DNA of 50,083 bases from Nitrospirota bacterium (GTDB taxonomy: Bacteria > Nitrospirota > Thermodesulfovibrionia > Thermodesulfovibrionales > JdFR-85). Positions 1 to 12,405 of this stretch are shown here, piece by piece (the stretch's first letter is position 1; every line of letters starts with the position of its first letter). The stretch is taken from NCBI GenBank assembly GCA_013151495.1, contig JAADIE010000109.1, positions 1 through 50,083 of the forward strand, written 5' to 3'. The position numbers and the translations under genes were made by a program. The notes under the pieces were generated by a model. That model was given only the letters and a program-made list of their open reading frames with translations. It was not told where the DNA came from and searched no databases.

Positions 1-1290
1 AAGGGATTCAGCCGTCTCTCTGTCACAGTTTTTGAATTCCCAGCAGTTCATCTTACCATCATCTTTTAAATCGATAGAAATGTGTTCTTGACTTAAGGAA
101 AATAACCTGCTATCAAAAGTAAATCCTTCCATCCTTTCCATCAACCCTTTTGCAAGGGATTTCAACTTTTCAATACCTGAATCAATCTGTAATAAAGTTG
201 AGTGTGCTATTTTTGAAAGATCTGAAACATTTTCCATATGTACAGATATCTCTTCGATAACTTTTGATTGCTCATCTGCAGCTACAGATATGGATGTAAC
301 CTTTTCAGCACAATTCCTGGAGGCCTCTATTATTCTCTCCAGCGATACCCTGGATTTCTCGGACATCTGAATCCCTTTTTCAACAAGCTGGATTCCTACT
401 TTCATACTCTCAATCGAGTTGTTAACATCCTTTTGAATTATGTTAACCATATCCCTTATTTTACCTGTTGCCATAGTTGTCCTTTCAGCAAGCTTTCTAA
501 CCTCTTCAGCCACTACAGCAAAGCCCTTTCCATGTTCACCAGCCCTGGCCGCTTCTATTGCTGCATTGAGGGCCAGCATGTTTGTTTGTTCTGCTATCTC
601 ATTTATTACATTTACAATCTCATTTATCTCTTCACTACTCATACCAAGTCTGTTAATAGTCTCTGAGGTAGACCTGACTGCATCTGCAATTGCATGCATA
701 CTATCAACGGTCTTATTAACAATCTCTTTTCCCTCGGTAGCTGCGTTGACCGAATCCATAGAAACATCTGCAGCCTCTTCAACATTTTTTGCAATTTCCG
801 CAACCGTTTGCGCAATAACTATCGTTCCGGAAGTATATCTCTCGGTCTGTTTTATCTGTTGTTGAATGCCTGTTTTGAGATACTCGGAAGATACAGATAT
901 TTTTATGGCATCTCTGTAAATCGATCTTGATAATGCAGATAGGGATTCCATTTTCTTGCCAAGACCTGTTATTAACAACTCAAGAATCTTATAGAACTCC
1001 TGAGATAGTCTGTATTTTTCCTCCTGTTTTAATAAAAATTTTCCATCAATTATTTCCTTTACCAGTTCTTTTGCACTGGCTGTGGTTAAAGTAAGTTTCC
1101 TGCCAAGATCAAGTAATAGCAGACCACAAATAACAATAAAAAATAGGGTGACAGGTATCTGGTAGATTATGATTTCATCAAGTTTAGATCTTACAATGCC
1201 CTGTAAAGATATAAAAAAAATAAGATCTTTAATTAATATTAAAGCCAGAATTGCAATGCTCGTTAACAAAAACCTTCTCTTTAAGCTCAT
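1..1290 (-). CDS. methyl-accepting chemotaxis protein (C-terminus runs off the left edge)
   Basis: The minus-strand frame is open from ATG 1290-1288 to position 1. It is absent from the ORF track because its stop lies outside the window. My translation gives [19 protein letters not shown]..., two closely spaced hydrophobic segments, then the canonical MCP signalling hairpin [38 protein letters not shown]. It ends in ...[16 protein letters not shown] at the edge. The plus-strand ORFs at 268-930 are its antisense. Confidence 0.85.
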   Translation of the reverse strand, partial: MSLKRRFLLTSIAILALILIKDLIFFISLQGIVRSKLDEIIIYQIPVTLFFIVICGLLLLDLGRKLTLTTASAKELVKEIIDGKFLLKQEEKYRLSQEFYKILELLITGLGKKMESLSALSRSIYRDAIKISVSSEYLKTGIQQQIKQTERYTSGTIVIAQTVAEIAKNVEEAADVSMDSVNAATEGKEIVNKTVDSMHAIADAVRSTSETINRLGMSSEEINEIVNVINEIAEQTNMLALNAAIEAARAGEHGKGFAVVAEEVRKLAERTTMATGKIRDMVNIIQKDVNNSIESMKVGIQLVEKGIQMSEKSRVSLERIIEASRNCAEKVTSISVAADEQSKVIEEISVHMENVSDLSKIAHSTLLQIDSGIEKLKSLAKGLMERMEGFTFDSRLFSLSQEHISIDLKDDGKMNCWEFKNCDRETAESL

Positions 1291-1420
1291 TAATACTCCT
1301 GAACAAGAAATTTCTCAATAATTTTAATTGTTTTATCGGACTTAGTATCCAAAACTTTAGCCCTTTTAATAATTTTATCTATTATTTATAAAGTTTTCTC
1401 TTTGTTATTAAACTATTTAA

Positions 1421-3837
<2,417 letters not shown>

Positions 3838-5751
3838 AAATGCCCTTATATCCTGTAGCCGATGAGTTACAGGCACATCCGGAATGGATTCCAGGAAGGC
3901 CCTACCATATTGGCGCCTAAGCACCCTGCTGTCAAGCACAGAGACAACGCCTGTATCAGAGGCCCTACGAATAAGCCTGCCAAAGCCCTGCTTGAAGGTT
4001 ATTATGGCCTCAGGCACCTGGTAGTTCATGAAAGGATCAATACCTCGTAAAGCCAGATACTCCATCCTTGCCTCAATCACTGGCTCTGTTGGTACTGAAA
4101 AGGGCAGCTTTGTTATAACCACACATTTAAGTTGCTCCCCGGGCAGGTCTATTCCCTGCCAGAAGGTATAGGTACCAAAAAGAACACTGTCTTCAGATGC
4201 CTTGAATCGCTCTATAAGGCTATAGCTTTCAGCGTCACCCTGACAGAGGATGTTTATATCCGGAATCCTGATCATGTTTTTCATCTCCTCAAGCATTGAA
4301 TAGCTGGTGAAAAGGACCAGCGTACGACCTCTGGTGATCTCCAGTATACTTTGTAACTCCCTTGCCATGGATGGCACATAATCTTCGGCTGAGGGCTCCG
4401 GCATGTCCCTTGGGATATAAAGGATCATGTTCTCTCTGTAATTAAAGGGTGATTCCAGCACAAGTTCATCTGCCTCATCAATACCAAGCCTGTCCTTTAT
4501 ATACCTGAAGGATCTACCCACTGCAAGGGTTGCAGAGGTAAGAACCACTGATTCAAGGGCATCAAAAACAAGATGACGAAGCATTTCGGCCGGCTCCACC
4601 GGTGTTGCAATAAGGCTTATCTTTCTTCCCTCCTGCCTGGCCCAATATACATGGCTTTCATAGGCCTGCTCAACTACCACCATCAGGGCATCCTTGAGAC
4701 CGTCTATCCTCTGTACAAATGCTCCAAGGTCCTTTTTGAGTTCTTCCTCATCAGCAGAAAGTCTCAAACCTTCGAGGTCCTGCCTGAGCGAGTCGAGATG
4801 TTCAGAAAGGATATCAAGAAACTGGTTTGGTTCCTGAATTCTTCGGCTTTTTTCTCCACCCAACCATTCATACACCCTTGAGAAGAATCTATTTGCCTGA
4901 TCCCTCAGTCTTGAAATCGTGCTTTTTGCACTTTCGGCTATCTTTCCAATAAGCTCTGCCCTGGCAAGCAACCCCTTGCCCTTTTCTGAAAACAGACCAT
5001 CAAGCATATATTTAAACCTTGTATTTGAGACCTCAACACCCAGATATTCGGTTGCCACTGATTCAAGCTCATGGGCCTCATCAAAGACAACCGTCTCAAA
5101 GCCAGGAAGCACATTCCAGCCTGAAACCAGGTTTGCAAAAAACAGATGATGATTCACAACCAGCAGATGGGCCTTTTTCTGTAAGGCCCTTGCCTTCTGA
5201 TAAAAGCACTCTTGATAAAACCGGCAGTCCCGACCATGACAGAGATCACTCTCTCGGCAGACCTTTCCCCAGAGGCCACCCTGCAGGGCTATCTCGTGCC
5301 ACAGCCCTGTATCAGTCTGTTCAACCCATCCAAGTAAGCTCTCAAGGTCGGCCTCCTCGTAGGCCTCAAAAAGCCCATATTTTCTAAGCCCATCAAGCCT
5401 TCTGAGACATAGATAGTTTTCGCTCCCAAAACAGAGGGCATATTTTATATCAGGGAAGAGATGCTTTACCATCAGGGGAATATCCTTTTCTATAAGCTGT
5501 CTCTGGAGGGCCTTTGTATAGGTCGAAACAACCGCCCTTTCAATCTCTCCACTGGATAGCATATCTAAAACAGGAACAAGATAGGCAAAGCTCTTTCCTA
5601 CACCTGTACCAGCCTCAACCAGGAGATGATCTCTTCTTTTCAGGGCACTGTGGACATGCTCTGCCATCTTCAGCTGTTCAAACCGCCACTCAAAGCCCTC
5701 AAGGATATCCTTTAGTGCCCCTTCTTTTCCGAAATACCTCTCCATCCAGGG

Positions 5752-6603
5752 TTAAATCCTCTTAAGACACTCTCTAAGGGAGTCGATCCAGTGGGGCGCC
5801 TTAAATCCAGTGGAAACCTCAGTAAAAAACAGATCAAGCACCGAGTAACGGGGACGTTTAGCCGGGGTAGGATACTCAGAAGTGGAGATTGGCTTTACCT
5901 CTGTCTTTAGTCCCTTTAGCTTTATGATTTCGCAGGCAAACCGATACCAGGAAATACCCCCCTCTGTACGGTCTGTAACATGATGTATACCAAAGGCACC
6001 GGAACGGATAATCCTGATGATCCCCTTTGAAAGGGTAACAGTCCAGGTAGGTGATCCTATCTGATCATCCACCACCTTAAGGGTATCCCGTTCAGAGGCA
6101 AGCCGCAATATGGTTCTAACAAAGTTGCGCCCATGATGGGCATAAAGCCAGCTTGTCCGCACAATGTAAAACCTCTCAAGCATATCCCTTATGAATTGCT
6201 CACCTGACAGCTTGCTCAGGCCGTAGAAATTTATAGGTGAAGTGGTATCAAAGGGTGTATATGGCTGGTTAGAGTTGCCACTGAATACATAATCAGTACT
6301 TACATGACATAAAAGTGCCTTACTTTCACTGCAGGCAAGGGCAAGGTTCTGAACACCAAGGCCGTTTACCCGATAGGCCTGTTCTCTGTGTTTTTCTGCA
6401 TCATCAACACGGGTGTACGCAGCTACATTTACAACATAAAGGGGCTTAAGTTCCTTTATCTTTGCTATGGTCTCATCCCTGCCAGTAATCTCTATGTCTT
6501 CATGTCCAAGGGCTACAACATCAAACCCCTCATTGGATAACTCAAGACAGAGGTCCTGACCAAGCATACCTCTTGCCCCTATCACGGCAACCCTATCTGG
6601 CAT
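5752..6603 (-). CDS. rfbD: dTDP-4-dehydrorhamnose reductase
   Basis: 283 aa. Rossmann N-terminus VIGARGMLG and an STDYVF block are present. It is the last gene of an rml operon and overlaps rfbB by 11 nt. Confidence 0.9.
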   Translation of the reverse strand: MPDRVAVIGARGMLGQDLCLELSNEGFDVVALGHEDIEITGRDETIAKIKELKPLYVVNVAAYTRVDDAEKHREQAYRVNGLGVQNLALACSESKALLCHVSTDYVFSGNSNQPYTPFDTTSPINFYGLSKLSGEQFIRDMLERFYIVRTSWLYAHHGRNFVRTILRLASERDTLKVVDDQIGSPTWTVTLSKGIIRIIRSGAFGIHHVTDRTEGGISWYRFACEIIKLKGLKTEVKPISTSEYPTPAKRPRYSVLDLFFTEVSTGFKAPHWIDSLRECLKRI

Positions 6604-7606
6604 CTTTACTGCTCCAGAACCCTCTGGCTTCCCTTTGAAGCCTTTCCTTAAGCGGCTTCCACCACCAGCTGTTTTCTCTGTACCATTTTATGGTCCTTTC
6701 AATACCCTCAGAAAAATCAACCCGGGGGTGCCAGCCAAGCTCACTGGTAATCTTTGAAAAATCAATAGAATAACGGTAGTCATGCCCTGGCCTGTCAGGA
6801 ACAAACTCTATATAACCTTCGTCCAGACCCATAACCTCAAGTACAGCCTTTACCACTTCTATATTTCTCCTTTCGTTACCACCACCCACATTGTAGATCT
6901 CGCCTGTCCTGCCTTTATGCATAAGTATATCAACCGCCCTGCAGGTGTCTTCAACGAAAAGCCAGTCCCTTATATTCTGTCCTCTGCCATAAAGGGGTAT
7001 TTTCTTTCCCTCTATAAGGTTAGTCACCATCAGAGGAATGAACTTTTCTGGAAACTGGTAAGGACCATAGTTGTTAGATGGTCGTACAATTAGCGCTGAA
7101 AGGCCATAGGTTCTTATATATGACCTTACCAGCAGATCACCCCCTGCCTTTGATGCAGCATAGGGTGAGTTAGGCAAAAGAGGGGCCTCCTCTGTAAAGC
7201 TACCTTCATCGGTCTCAAAACAACCATAGACCTCATCAGTAGATATATGGATGAATCTTTCCACCTCTTCGGATAAGGCTACATCAAGAAGCACCTGCAG
7301 GCCTATGATATTTGTCTTTAGAAAGGGCTGGGCATCCTTTATTGAACGGTCAACATGGCTTTCTGCTGCAAAATGAACCACATACCTTGCCCCCTTCATC
7401 GCCTCCTCAACAATCTGCCGATCCTGTATGTCCCCTTTTATGAAATGATAGTTTTTCCTGTCCTTGATATCCTTTAGATTTTCAATATTACCAGCATAGG
7501 TAAGGGCATCCAGATTCACCACCTCGTAGGTGTCGTATTTGTTAAGAAGATACCTGATAAAGTTTGAACCTATGAAGCCACAACCACCTGTAACGAGTAT
7601 TTTCAT
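6593..7606 (-). CDS. rfbB: dTDP-glucose 4,6-dehydratase
   Basis: 337 aa. Motifs are VTGGCGFIGSNF, HFAAESHVDRS, ISTDEVYG, and YAASK (YxxxK). Confidence 0.95.
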   Translation of the reverse strand: MKILVTGGCGFIGSNFIRYLLNKYDTYEVVNLDALTYAGNIENLKDIKDRKNYHFIKGDIQDRQIVEEAMKGARYVVHFAAESHVDRSIKDAQPFLKTNIIGLQVLLDVALSEEVERFIHISTDEVYGCFETDEGSFTEEAPLLPNSPYAASKAGGDLLVRSYIRTYGLSALIVRPSNNYGPYQFPEKFIPLMVTNLIEGKKIPLYGRGQNIRDWLFVEDTCRAVDILMHKGRTGEIYNVGGGNERRNIEVVKAVLEVMGLDEGYIEFVPDRPGHDYRYSIDFSKITSELGWHPRVDFSEGIERTIKWYRENSWWWKPLKERLQREARGFWSSKDAR

Positions 7607-7632
7607 ACGGACTCTCCTGTTTTATGGTTCAT

Positions 7633-8094
7633 TTACAGCCTGAAAGGACTTTCAGGGTCATCCTCATAACGTACTTCATCGACCGGTTCCCTGCGTCCCC
7701 ATCCGGCATAAAGCCTGTCGGGCAGATTAATGACAAGCCCATCGCCCTGACCCGTGTTCTTATAAGCATGTACCACACCTGGAGGTATCACCACAAGCAT
7801 CCGGTCTACATCATCAATAACCATCCTGTTACCATAGGTTGGTGAGTCAGTTCTATTGTCCCAGAGATAAAGAGTGAATTTCCCTATAAAACAAAAGTAA
7901 TCAGTCTGCTCTTTATGCTCATGGGGCCCTCGTGCAATACCTGGATAGGTCAACGACACATAGGCCATGGCCGGTCTAAAGCCCTCGGGAAGCTCATCCT
8001 CCCTGAAAAGCTCAGTAAGCCAGCCTCTTTTGTCAGTATAAAACTGTAATTCCTTGATGACAACCCCTTCTATTGGGCCTTCTTTAAACTCCAT
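7633..8094 (-). CDS. rfbC: dTDP-4-dehydrorhamnose 3,5-epimerase-like cupin (short form)
   Basis: 153 aa. Features are DKRGWLTELFR, GIARGPHEHK, and a cupin core ending VVHAYKN. It lies between rfbA and rfbB. Confidence 0.78.
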   Translation of the reverse strand: MEFKEGPIEGVVIKELQFYTDKRGWLTELFREDELPEGFRPAMAYVSLTYPGIARGPHEHKEQTDYFCFIGKFTLYLWDNRTDSPTYGNRMVIDDVDRMLVVIPPGVVHAYKNTGQGDGLVINLPDRLYAGWGRREPVDEVRYEDDPESPFRL

Positions 8095-8097
8095 GGT

Positions 8098-9165
8098 TTA
8101 AACCTCCACCACCGTGTCATCACCAATCATCAGTCTCAGTGCCTTGTGTTGTGCACTGTTTTTTATGACTCTGGAGTCTCTACCTATTAAGCTATCTTCA
8201 AGCCTTTCTATTCCTGAAATAAGGCTTCCATTAAGGATGACCGAATGTTCCACCACCGAATCTATTATCCTTACTCCTTCACCAATACTTGTAAAGGGAC
8301 CTATGAAAGAATTCACCACTTCTGCCCCTTCACATATCTTAACAGGCCCACGAATAACCGAGTTTACCACCCTTGCACCCCGGTCTACTTCCACACGGCC
8401 AGTTATTTTTGAGTTGTCATCAACTCTACCCTTGATGTTACGATTGATGTATTCATCAAGCACAATGGTGTTTGCCTGCAAAAGGTCGTCCTTTTTACCT
8501 GTATCAAGCCACCAGCCATCGAGAACCTTGCTTAACACTGGTCTGCCCATATTTATGAGTTCCTGGATTGCATCTGTTATCTCCAGCTCACCACGTTTTG
8601 ATGGCTTGATCCTGTCGATGGCCTCATGAATCCTGGAAGAAAATATATACACACCAACCAGTGCAAGATTTGAGGGTGGTCTTTTGGGCTTTTCAACAAG
8701 CCTTCTAATACTTCCATCTTTGTTTAGGGCTGCCACACCAAACTGCCGCGGATTGTCTACCTCCTTCAGAAAGATCAGGGCATCTGGACGTGCTTTCTTG
8801 AAATTTCTGATTGCATCCTTTACTCCCTGACTTAATAGATTGTCACCAAGATACATAACAAAGTCGGAGTTACCAAGAAAATCCCTGGCAGTTTTGACAG
8901 CATGGGCAAGCCCGAGAGGTTCTTCCTGAAGAATGTATTTTATTCTGAGATTCCAGCTTTTTCCTGTACCCAGGTAGTCCTTAACCTCCTGTCCGGTTTC
9001 AGGCGAAATAATGACTCCCACGCTTTTGATGCCAGCCTGTGCAATGTGATCAAGCACATAACCGAGTATGGGTTTACCAGCGACCGGCACAAGCTGTTTT
9101 GCCATGGTATGGGTAAGGGGCCTGAGTCTGGTGCCCTTCCCTCCGCTGAGGATCAATGCCTTCAT
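8098..9165 (-). CDS. rfbA: glucose-1-phosphate thymidylyltransferase (long form with C-terminal beta-helix-like extension)
   Basis: 355 aa. It has the nucleotidyltransferase signature LSGGKGTRLRPLTHTMAKQLVPV and a hexapeptide-repeat-like C-terminal third. It is the first gene of the rml operon. Confidence 0.85.
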   Translation of the reverse strand: MKALILSGGKGTRLRPLTHTMAKQLVPVAGKPILGYVLDHIAQAGIKSVGVIISPETGQEVKDYLGTGKSWNLRIKYILQEEPLGLAHAVKTARDFLGNSDFVMYLGDNLLSQGVKDAIRNFKKARPDALIFLKEVDNPRQFGVAALNKDGSIRRLVEKPKRPPSNLALVGVYIFSSRIHEAIDRIKPSKRGELEITDAIQELINMGRPVLSKVLDGWWLDTGKKDDLLQANTIVLDEYINRNIKGRVDDNSKITGRVEVDRGARVVNSVIRGPVKICEGAEVVNSFIGPFTSIGEGVRIIDSVVEHSVILNGSLISGIERLEDSLIGRDSRVIKNSAQHKALRLMIGDDTVVEV

Positions 9166-9218
9166 CTATCCTCCTTATAAATTTGGATTTGGCATTTGCC
9201 TGTCTAAAAAGTTAGGAT

Positions 9219-9227
9219 ATTATAACA
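9219..9227 (-). promoter_or_regulatory. possible extended -10 promoter element for the rml operon
   Basis: The minus strand reads TGTTATAAT (TGnTATAAT), about 55 nt upstream of the rfbA ATG at 9165. There is no convincing -35. The same AT-rich block could also serve the divergent lolA gene. Confidence 0.3.
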
Positions 9228-9252
9228 GAAAATAATCCGAGGTATAGATTCT

Positions 9253-9879
9253 ATGAAAAGATTTCTATGGATCATAATAGTCATTATACTTATAAATGCT
9301 TTATTTGTCTCCACTTCATTTACCACACAGAATATACCTGAGGATTTAGAAAAAAGACTACAGGGCATCAGAACATTAAAAGGCCTATTTATTCAGGAGA
9401 CCTACATTAAGGCACTTGGCAGGAAGCAGGTCTTTGAAGGAGAGTTTTTCATGAAAAAGCCAGACAAATTCATGTGGCTATACAAAAAGGGTAGTACCGA
9501 TCGGATATACATTAACGGAGAAAGAATAATCATTTATCAGCCTTCAGAGCATCAGGCCTTTGTAACACAAAAAAAACGGATTGGTATTTCAGGATCTCCC
9601 CTTAGAATGCTGATGGATATTGAAGAGCTTCAAAGAGATTTTAAAATAACCACCCATAACAACCGCTTAATTCTAACACCAGCAAATAGCTCGGCCATGG
9701 TAAAGAATATAGAACTCCAGTTAGCAAAGGATTCAGGGCTTATACAGAAGATAATACTACATGATATTTATGACAACAAAACCACCATTGAAATCAGTCA
9801 TGTTACGATAAACGAACCCATAGAGGATGATGTGTTTAAATTCAAACCACCCGAGGGCACCACAATAATTAATCAATAA
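9253..9879 (+). CDS. lolA: LolA-like outer-membrane lipoprotein carrier protein
   Basis: 208 aa. It has an N-terminal signal-like hydrophobic segment, then LKGLFIQE...FEGEFFMKKPDKFMWLY......IYINGERIIIYQP, which is typical of LolA. Confidence 0.72.
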   Translation: MKRFLWIIIVIILINALFVSTSFTTQNIPEDLEKRLQGIRTLKGLFIQETYIKALGRKQVFEGEFFMKKPDKFMWLYKKGSTDRIYINGERIIIYQPSEHQAFVTQKKRIGISGSPLRMLMDIEELQRDFKITTHNNRLILTPANSSAMVKNIELQLAKDSGLIQKIILHDIYDNKTTIEISHVTINEPIEDDVFKFKPPEGTTIINQ

Positions 9880-9908
9880 CAGAAATTCCCCGGAGAATGG
9901 AAAAAAAC

Positions 9909-10919
9909 ATGCTTATACTTGGCATCGATACATCCTGCGACGACACATCAGCAGCCATAGTGCGTAATGGACGAGAGATATTATCCAACATCGTCTCATC
10001 CCAGATTGCCATACACCAGAGGTACGGTGGTGTGGTCCCGGAGCTTGCCTCGAGGAGACACCTTGAGATGATCTGGCCTACCACTGATGAGGCCCTTAAA
10101 CAGGCCAAAATTGAGCTAAAACAGATTGATGCCATTTCGGTCTGTTACGGGCCTGGCCTTATTGGATCACTGCTTGTGGGTGTCTGTTTTGCAAAGGCCC
10201 TTTCCTATGCGTCCTCAATTCCATTAATAGCGGTCAATCACCTGGAAGGACACATCTTTTCAGCATGGTTACTTGATGAGCCACCGGAGTTTCCCTTTCT
10301 GGCCCTTATAGTCTCAGGTGGGCATACCTCCCTTGTCAGGGTGGATGATTTTGGCAAATACACCGAAATTGGCAAGACCCGTGATGATGCGGCTGGCGAG
10401 GCTTACGACAAGGTTGCCAAGCTCCTTGGGCTGTCATACCCTGGAGGGCCAATTATAGACAGGCTTTCAGAGCATACAGACCAGGATATAGGATTTCCTC
10501 GTCCCATGTTGAATGAAGGCTTTGACATGAGCTTCAGTGGTCTTAAAACAGCTATCAGGCTATATGTTCAAGAACAGATAGAGAAGGGAAGGCTTGATGA
10601 TGAACAGATTGCCATTGTCTGTAGATCCTTCCAGGAGGCAGTAACGGATGTGTTAGTAAAGAAGACTGAAAGGGCAGCAAAAAAACTGGGCCTGAAGAGG
10701 ATTGTGCTGTCTGGTGGTGTTTCGGCAAATAAAAGACTCCGTCAGAAGATGACCGAAATGGCAGACAGCCTGGGTTTTAAAGTATACATCCCTCCCGTGA
10801 ATCTCTGCACAGACAATGCCGCCATGATTGCAGCAGCCGGGTACTTTTATTTTCAACACAGGATATTTGCCCCTGATGACCTCACTGCCACCGCATATTT
10901 ACCTCTTGGCCCTTCATAA
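9909..10919 (+). CDS. tsaD: tRNA N6-adenosine threonylcarbamoyltransferase TsaD
   Basis: Motifs are LGIDTSCDDTSAAIV, VNHLEGH, SGGHT, and LSGGVSANKRL. ATG 9909 has GGAGAA about 11 nt upstream and is preferred over ATG 9897. Confidence 0.95.
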   Translation: MLILGIDTSCDDTSAAIVRNGREILSNIVSSQIAIHQRYGGVVPELASRRHLEMIWPTTDEALKQAKIELKQIDAISVCYGPGLIGSLLVGVCFAKALSYASSIPLIAVNHLEGHIFSAWLLDEPPEFPFLALIVSGGHTSLVRVDDFGKYTEIGKTRDDAAGEAYDKVAKLLGLSYPGGPIIDRLSEHTDQDIGFPRPMLNEGFDMSFSGLKTAIRLYVQEQIEKGRLDDEQIAIVCRSFQEAVTDVLVKKTERAAKKLGLKRIVLSGGVSANKRLRQKMTEMADSLGFKVYIPPVNLCTDNAAMIAAAGYFYFQHRIFAPDDLTATAYLPLGPS

Positions 10920-10999
10920 TATCTTCAAATTATTTTTGTATTTTATAAGCGTTATCAATAAGAGGCATCTAAATGCCGTCAAAAGCAGTGAGGTGATCT

Positions 11000-11455
11000 A
11001 TGGCGAAAAAATCCAAAAGACAAGGTAAGACCACAGCGAAACAACAGAAGAAAAGAAACCCCCTTGTTATTGCGGTTGTTGCGATACTTGTTATAGGTGC
11101 AGCTTATGTAGTCTTCTCCGGTGGAGGTAGTCCAGTGAATGCAAAAAAGACCTCCTTTAATATCCAGGGCGGAGAAACAAGGCCGGTACTCGATCCCTAC
11201 CAGTTTACAGGCATGACCAGGGCTGCCTATGCTGCTGCCCAAAAGTATCCTCAGGTACTGGATCAGGTTCGTTGCTATTGTAACTGTGATGAACCTCCCT
11301 TTTATCACAAGAGCCTGCTGAGTTGCTTTGTAGAGACCCACGGAGCTGGCTGAGTACTCTGTCAGGAGGAAGCCCTTAGGGCTGCCCAGCTTTTCAAGGA
11401 AGGCAAAAGCATCAAAGAGATCAAGATTGCTATTGACAGGGAATTCGGCCGTTAA
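11000..11455 (+). CDS. PCYCGC/CYCxC-motif membrane-anchored protein, candidate selenoprotein (TGA 11351-11353 read as Sec)
   Basis: ATG 11000 follows the RBS GAGGTG. The protein has an N-terminal TM anchor and the motif RCYCNCDEPPFYHKSLLSCFVETHGAG, followed by an in-frame TGA. The frame then stays open for 34 codons (VLCQEEALRAAQLFKEGKSIKEIKIAIDREFGR) to TAA 11453-11455. That stretch has no internal ATG/GTG/TTG. Read as Sec, the site forms a U-V-L-C motif. A tRNA-Sec gene is present in the window. Confidence 0.62.
11344..11391 (+). promoter_or_regulatory. candidate SECIS-like stem-loop around/downstream of TGA 11351
   Basis: AGCTGG (11344-11349) is complementary to CCAGCT (11386-11391). An inner hairpin AGCCC-TTA-GGGCT lies at 11371-11383, and its apex is about 22 nt after the TGA. 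It was folded by eye only. Confidence 0.35.
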
Positions 11456-11802
11456 TAGCTGTAGTATGAGGTGATGTTAACAAAGTACTCATAAAGCTCT
11501 GGCTGGTTGAGTGGAGAGAGTTCCCTGGAAAAGGACACCCCCACAAAGTAGATGTTATCCTGCTTTATACTCCAGACAACCTCTCCCTCAATCTGGTCAT
11601 CCTTTTCTATACCCCCCTGAGCTACGAATTTCACCCTTAGTCTGACATGGTCTCCCTTTTTCAAGGGAACAAAGGAGTAAAGACCAATACCATAAAGAGA
11701 GATATTATCAACCATGGTTGTGATGGTTTCATTCTTTGAGGTCTTAACCTCGGCAATTGCAAATATTGGATAGCGAGTGGCCTTTCTTTTAGGCTTATCC
11801 AT
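11452..11802 (-). CDS. PilZ domain protein
   Basis: 116 aa. It carries RKATR (RxxxR) and NISLYG (D/NxSxxG), the c-di-GMP-binding PilZ motifs. Confidence 0.7.
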   Translation of the reverse strand: MDKPKRKATRYPIFAIAEVKTSKNETITTMVDNISLYGIGLYSFVPLKKGDHVRLRVKFVAQGGIEKDDQIEGEVVWSIKQDNIYFVGVSFSRELSPLNQPELYEYFVNITSYYSY

Positions 11803-12394
11803 TGTTGTCTCCCATAAACGATCTGTATACCTTTTCAGACTCTCTCAGCACATCGTCATGAAGGCTATTTCCATGGGCATCTATTGTAACAACAGCCGGA
11901 AAGTCCTCAAGCTCCAGTATCCACATGGCCTCGGTTGTTCCAAAAGTCTCCTCCTGCCACACATTCACCACCTTATTAATACATTTAGCAAGCAGGGCTG
12001 CTGCCCCACTTACAGCATGAAAATAAACACATCCGCAATTTTTCATGGCAACAACTGTTTCTTCTCCCATGCCCCCCTTACCAATAATGCCCCGTATGCC
12101 AAACTTCTCTATCACCCAGGGCTCATAAATGTCCATCCTTGCACTGGTTGTGGGCCCTGCAGACACAATCTCGTATCCAGTGGTTGTGCTACGAACAAGT
12201 GGTCCGCAATGATATAACACCAGCCCATTAAGCTCAACCGGCAATGTGAGTTCTTCCGGTGTTTTTCCAAATAGAAACTTGTGCACCCTGTCACGACCTG
12301 TAACAACCAGCCCATTCAGGAGCACCATATCCCCTATCCTTAGCTCCCTTACCGTCTGTTCATCTAAAGGTGTCTCTAATCTTTCAGGCTTCAT
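11795..12394 (-). CDS. class I (Fe-S) fumarate hydratase / hydro-lyase, beta subunit
   Basis: The product starts MKPERLETPLDEQTVRELRIGDMVLLNGLVVTGRDRVHK and contains GPTTSARMD and IGKGGMG. The start was moved to ATG 12394 so that it no longer overlaps the alpha subunit, whose stop is at 12406. Confidence 0.85.
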   Translation of the reverse strand: MKPERLETPLDEQTVRELRIGDMVLLNGLVVTGRDRVHKFLFGKTPEELTLPVELNGLVLYHCGPLVRSTTTGYEIVSAGPTTSARMDIYEPWVIEKFGIRGIIGKGGMGEETVVAMKNCGCVYFHAVSGAAALLAKCINKVVNVWQEETFGTTEAMWILELEDFPAVVTIDAHGNSLHDDVLRESEKVYRSFMGDNNG

Positions 12395-12405
12395 AGCAAA
12401 TGCCT

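Noticed and set aside
268-930. Three overlapping plus-strand ORFs (132, 141 and 78 aa) in the ORF track.
   Set aside because: They are low-complexity Ala/Ser/Ile/Leu-rich antisense translations of the minus-strand chemoreceptor gene. That gene carries the unmistakable MCP signalling motif.
9188-9204. TGGCATTTGCCTG upstream of lolA looked like a sigma-54 -24/-12 element.
   Set aside because: The GG-to-GC spacing is too short compared with TGGCAC-N5-TTGC.
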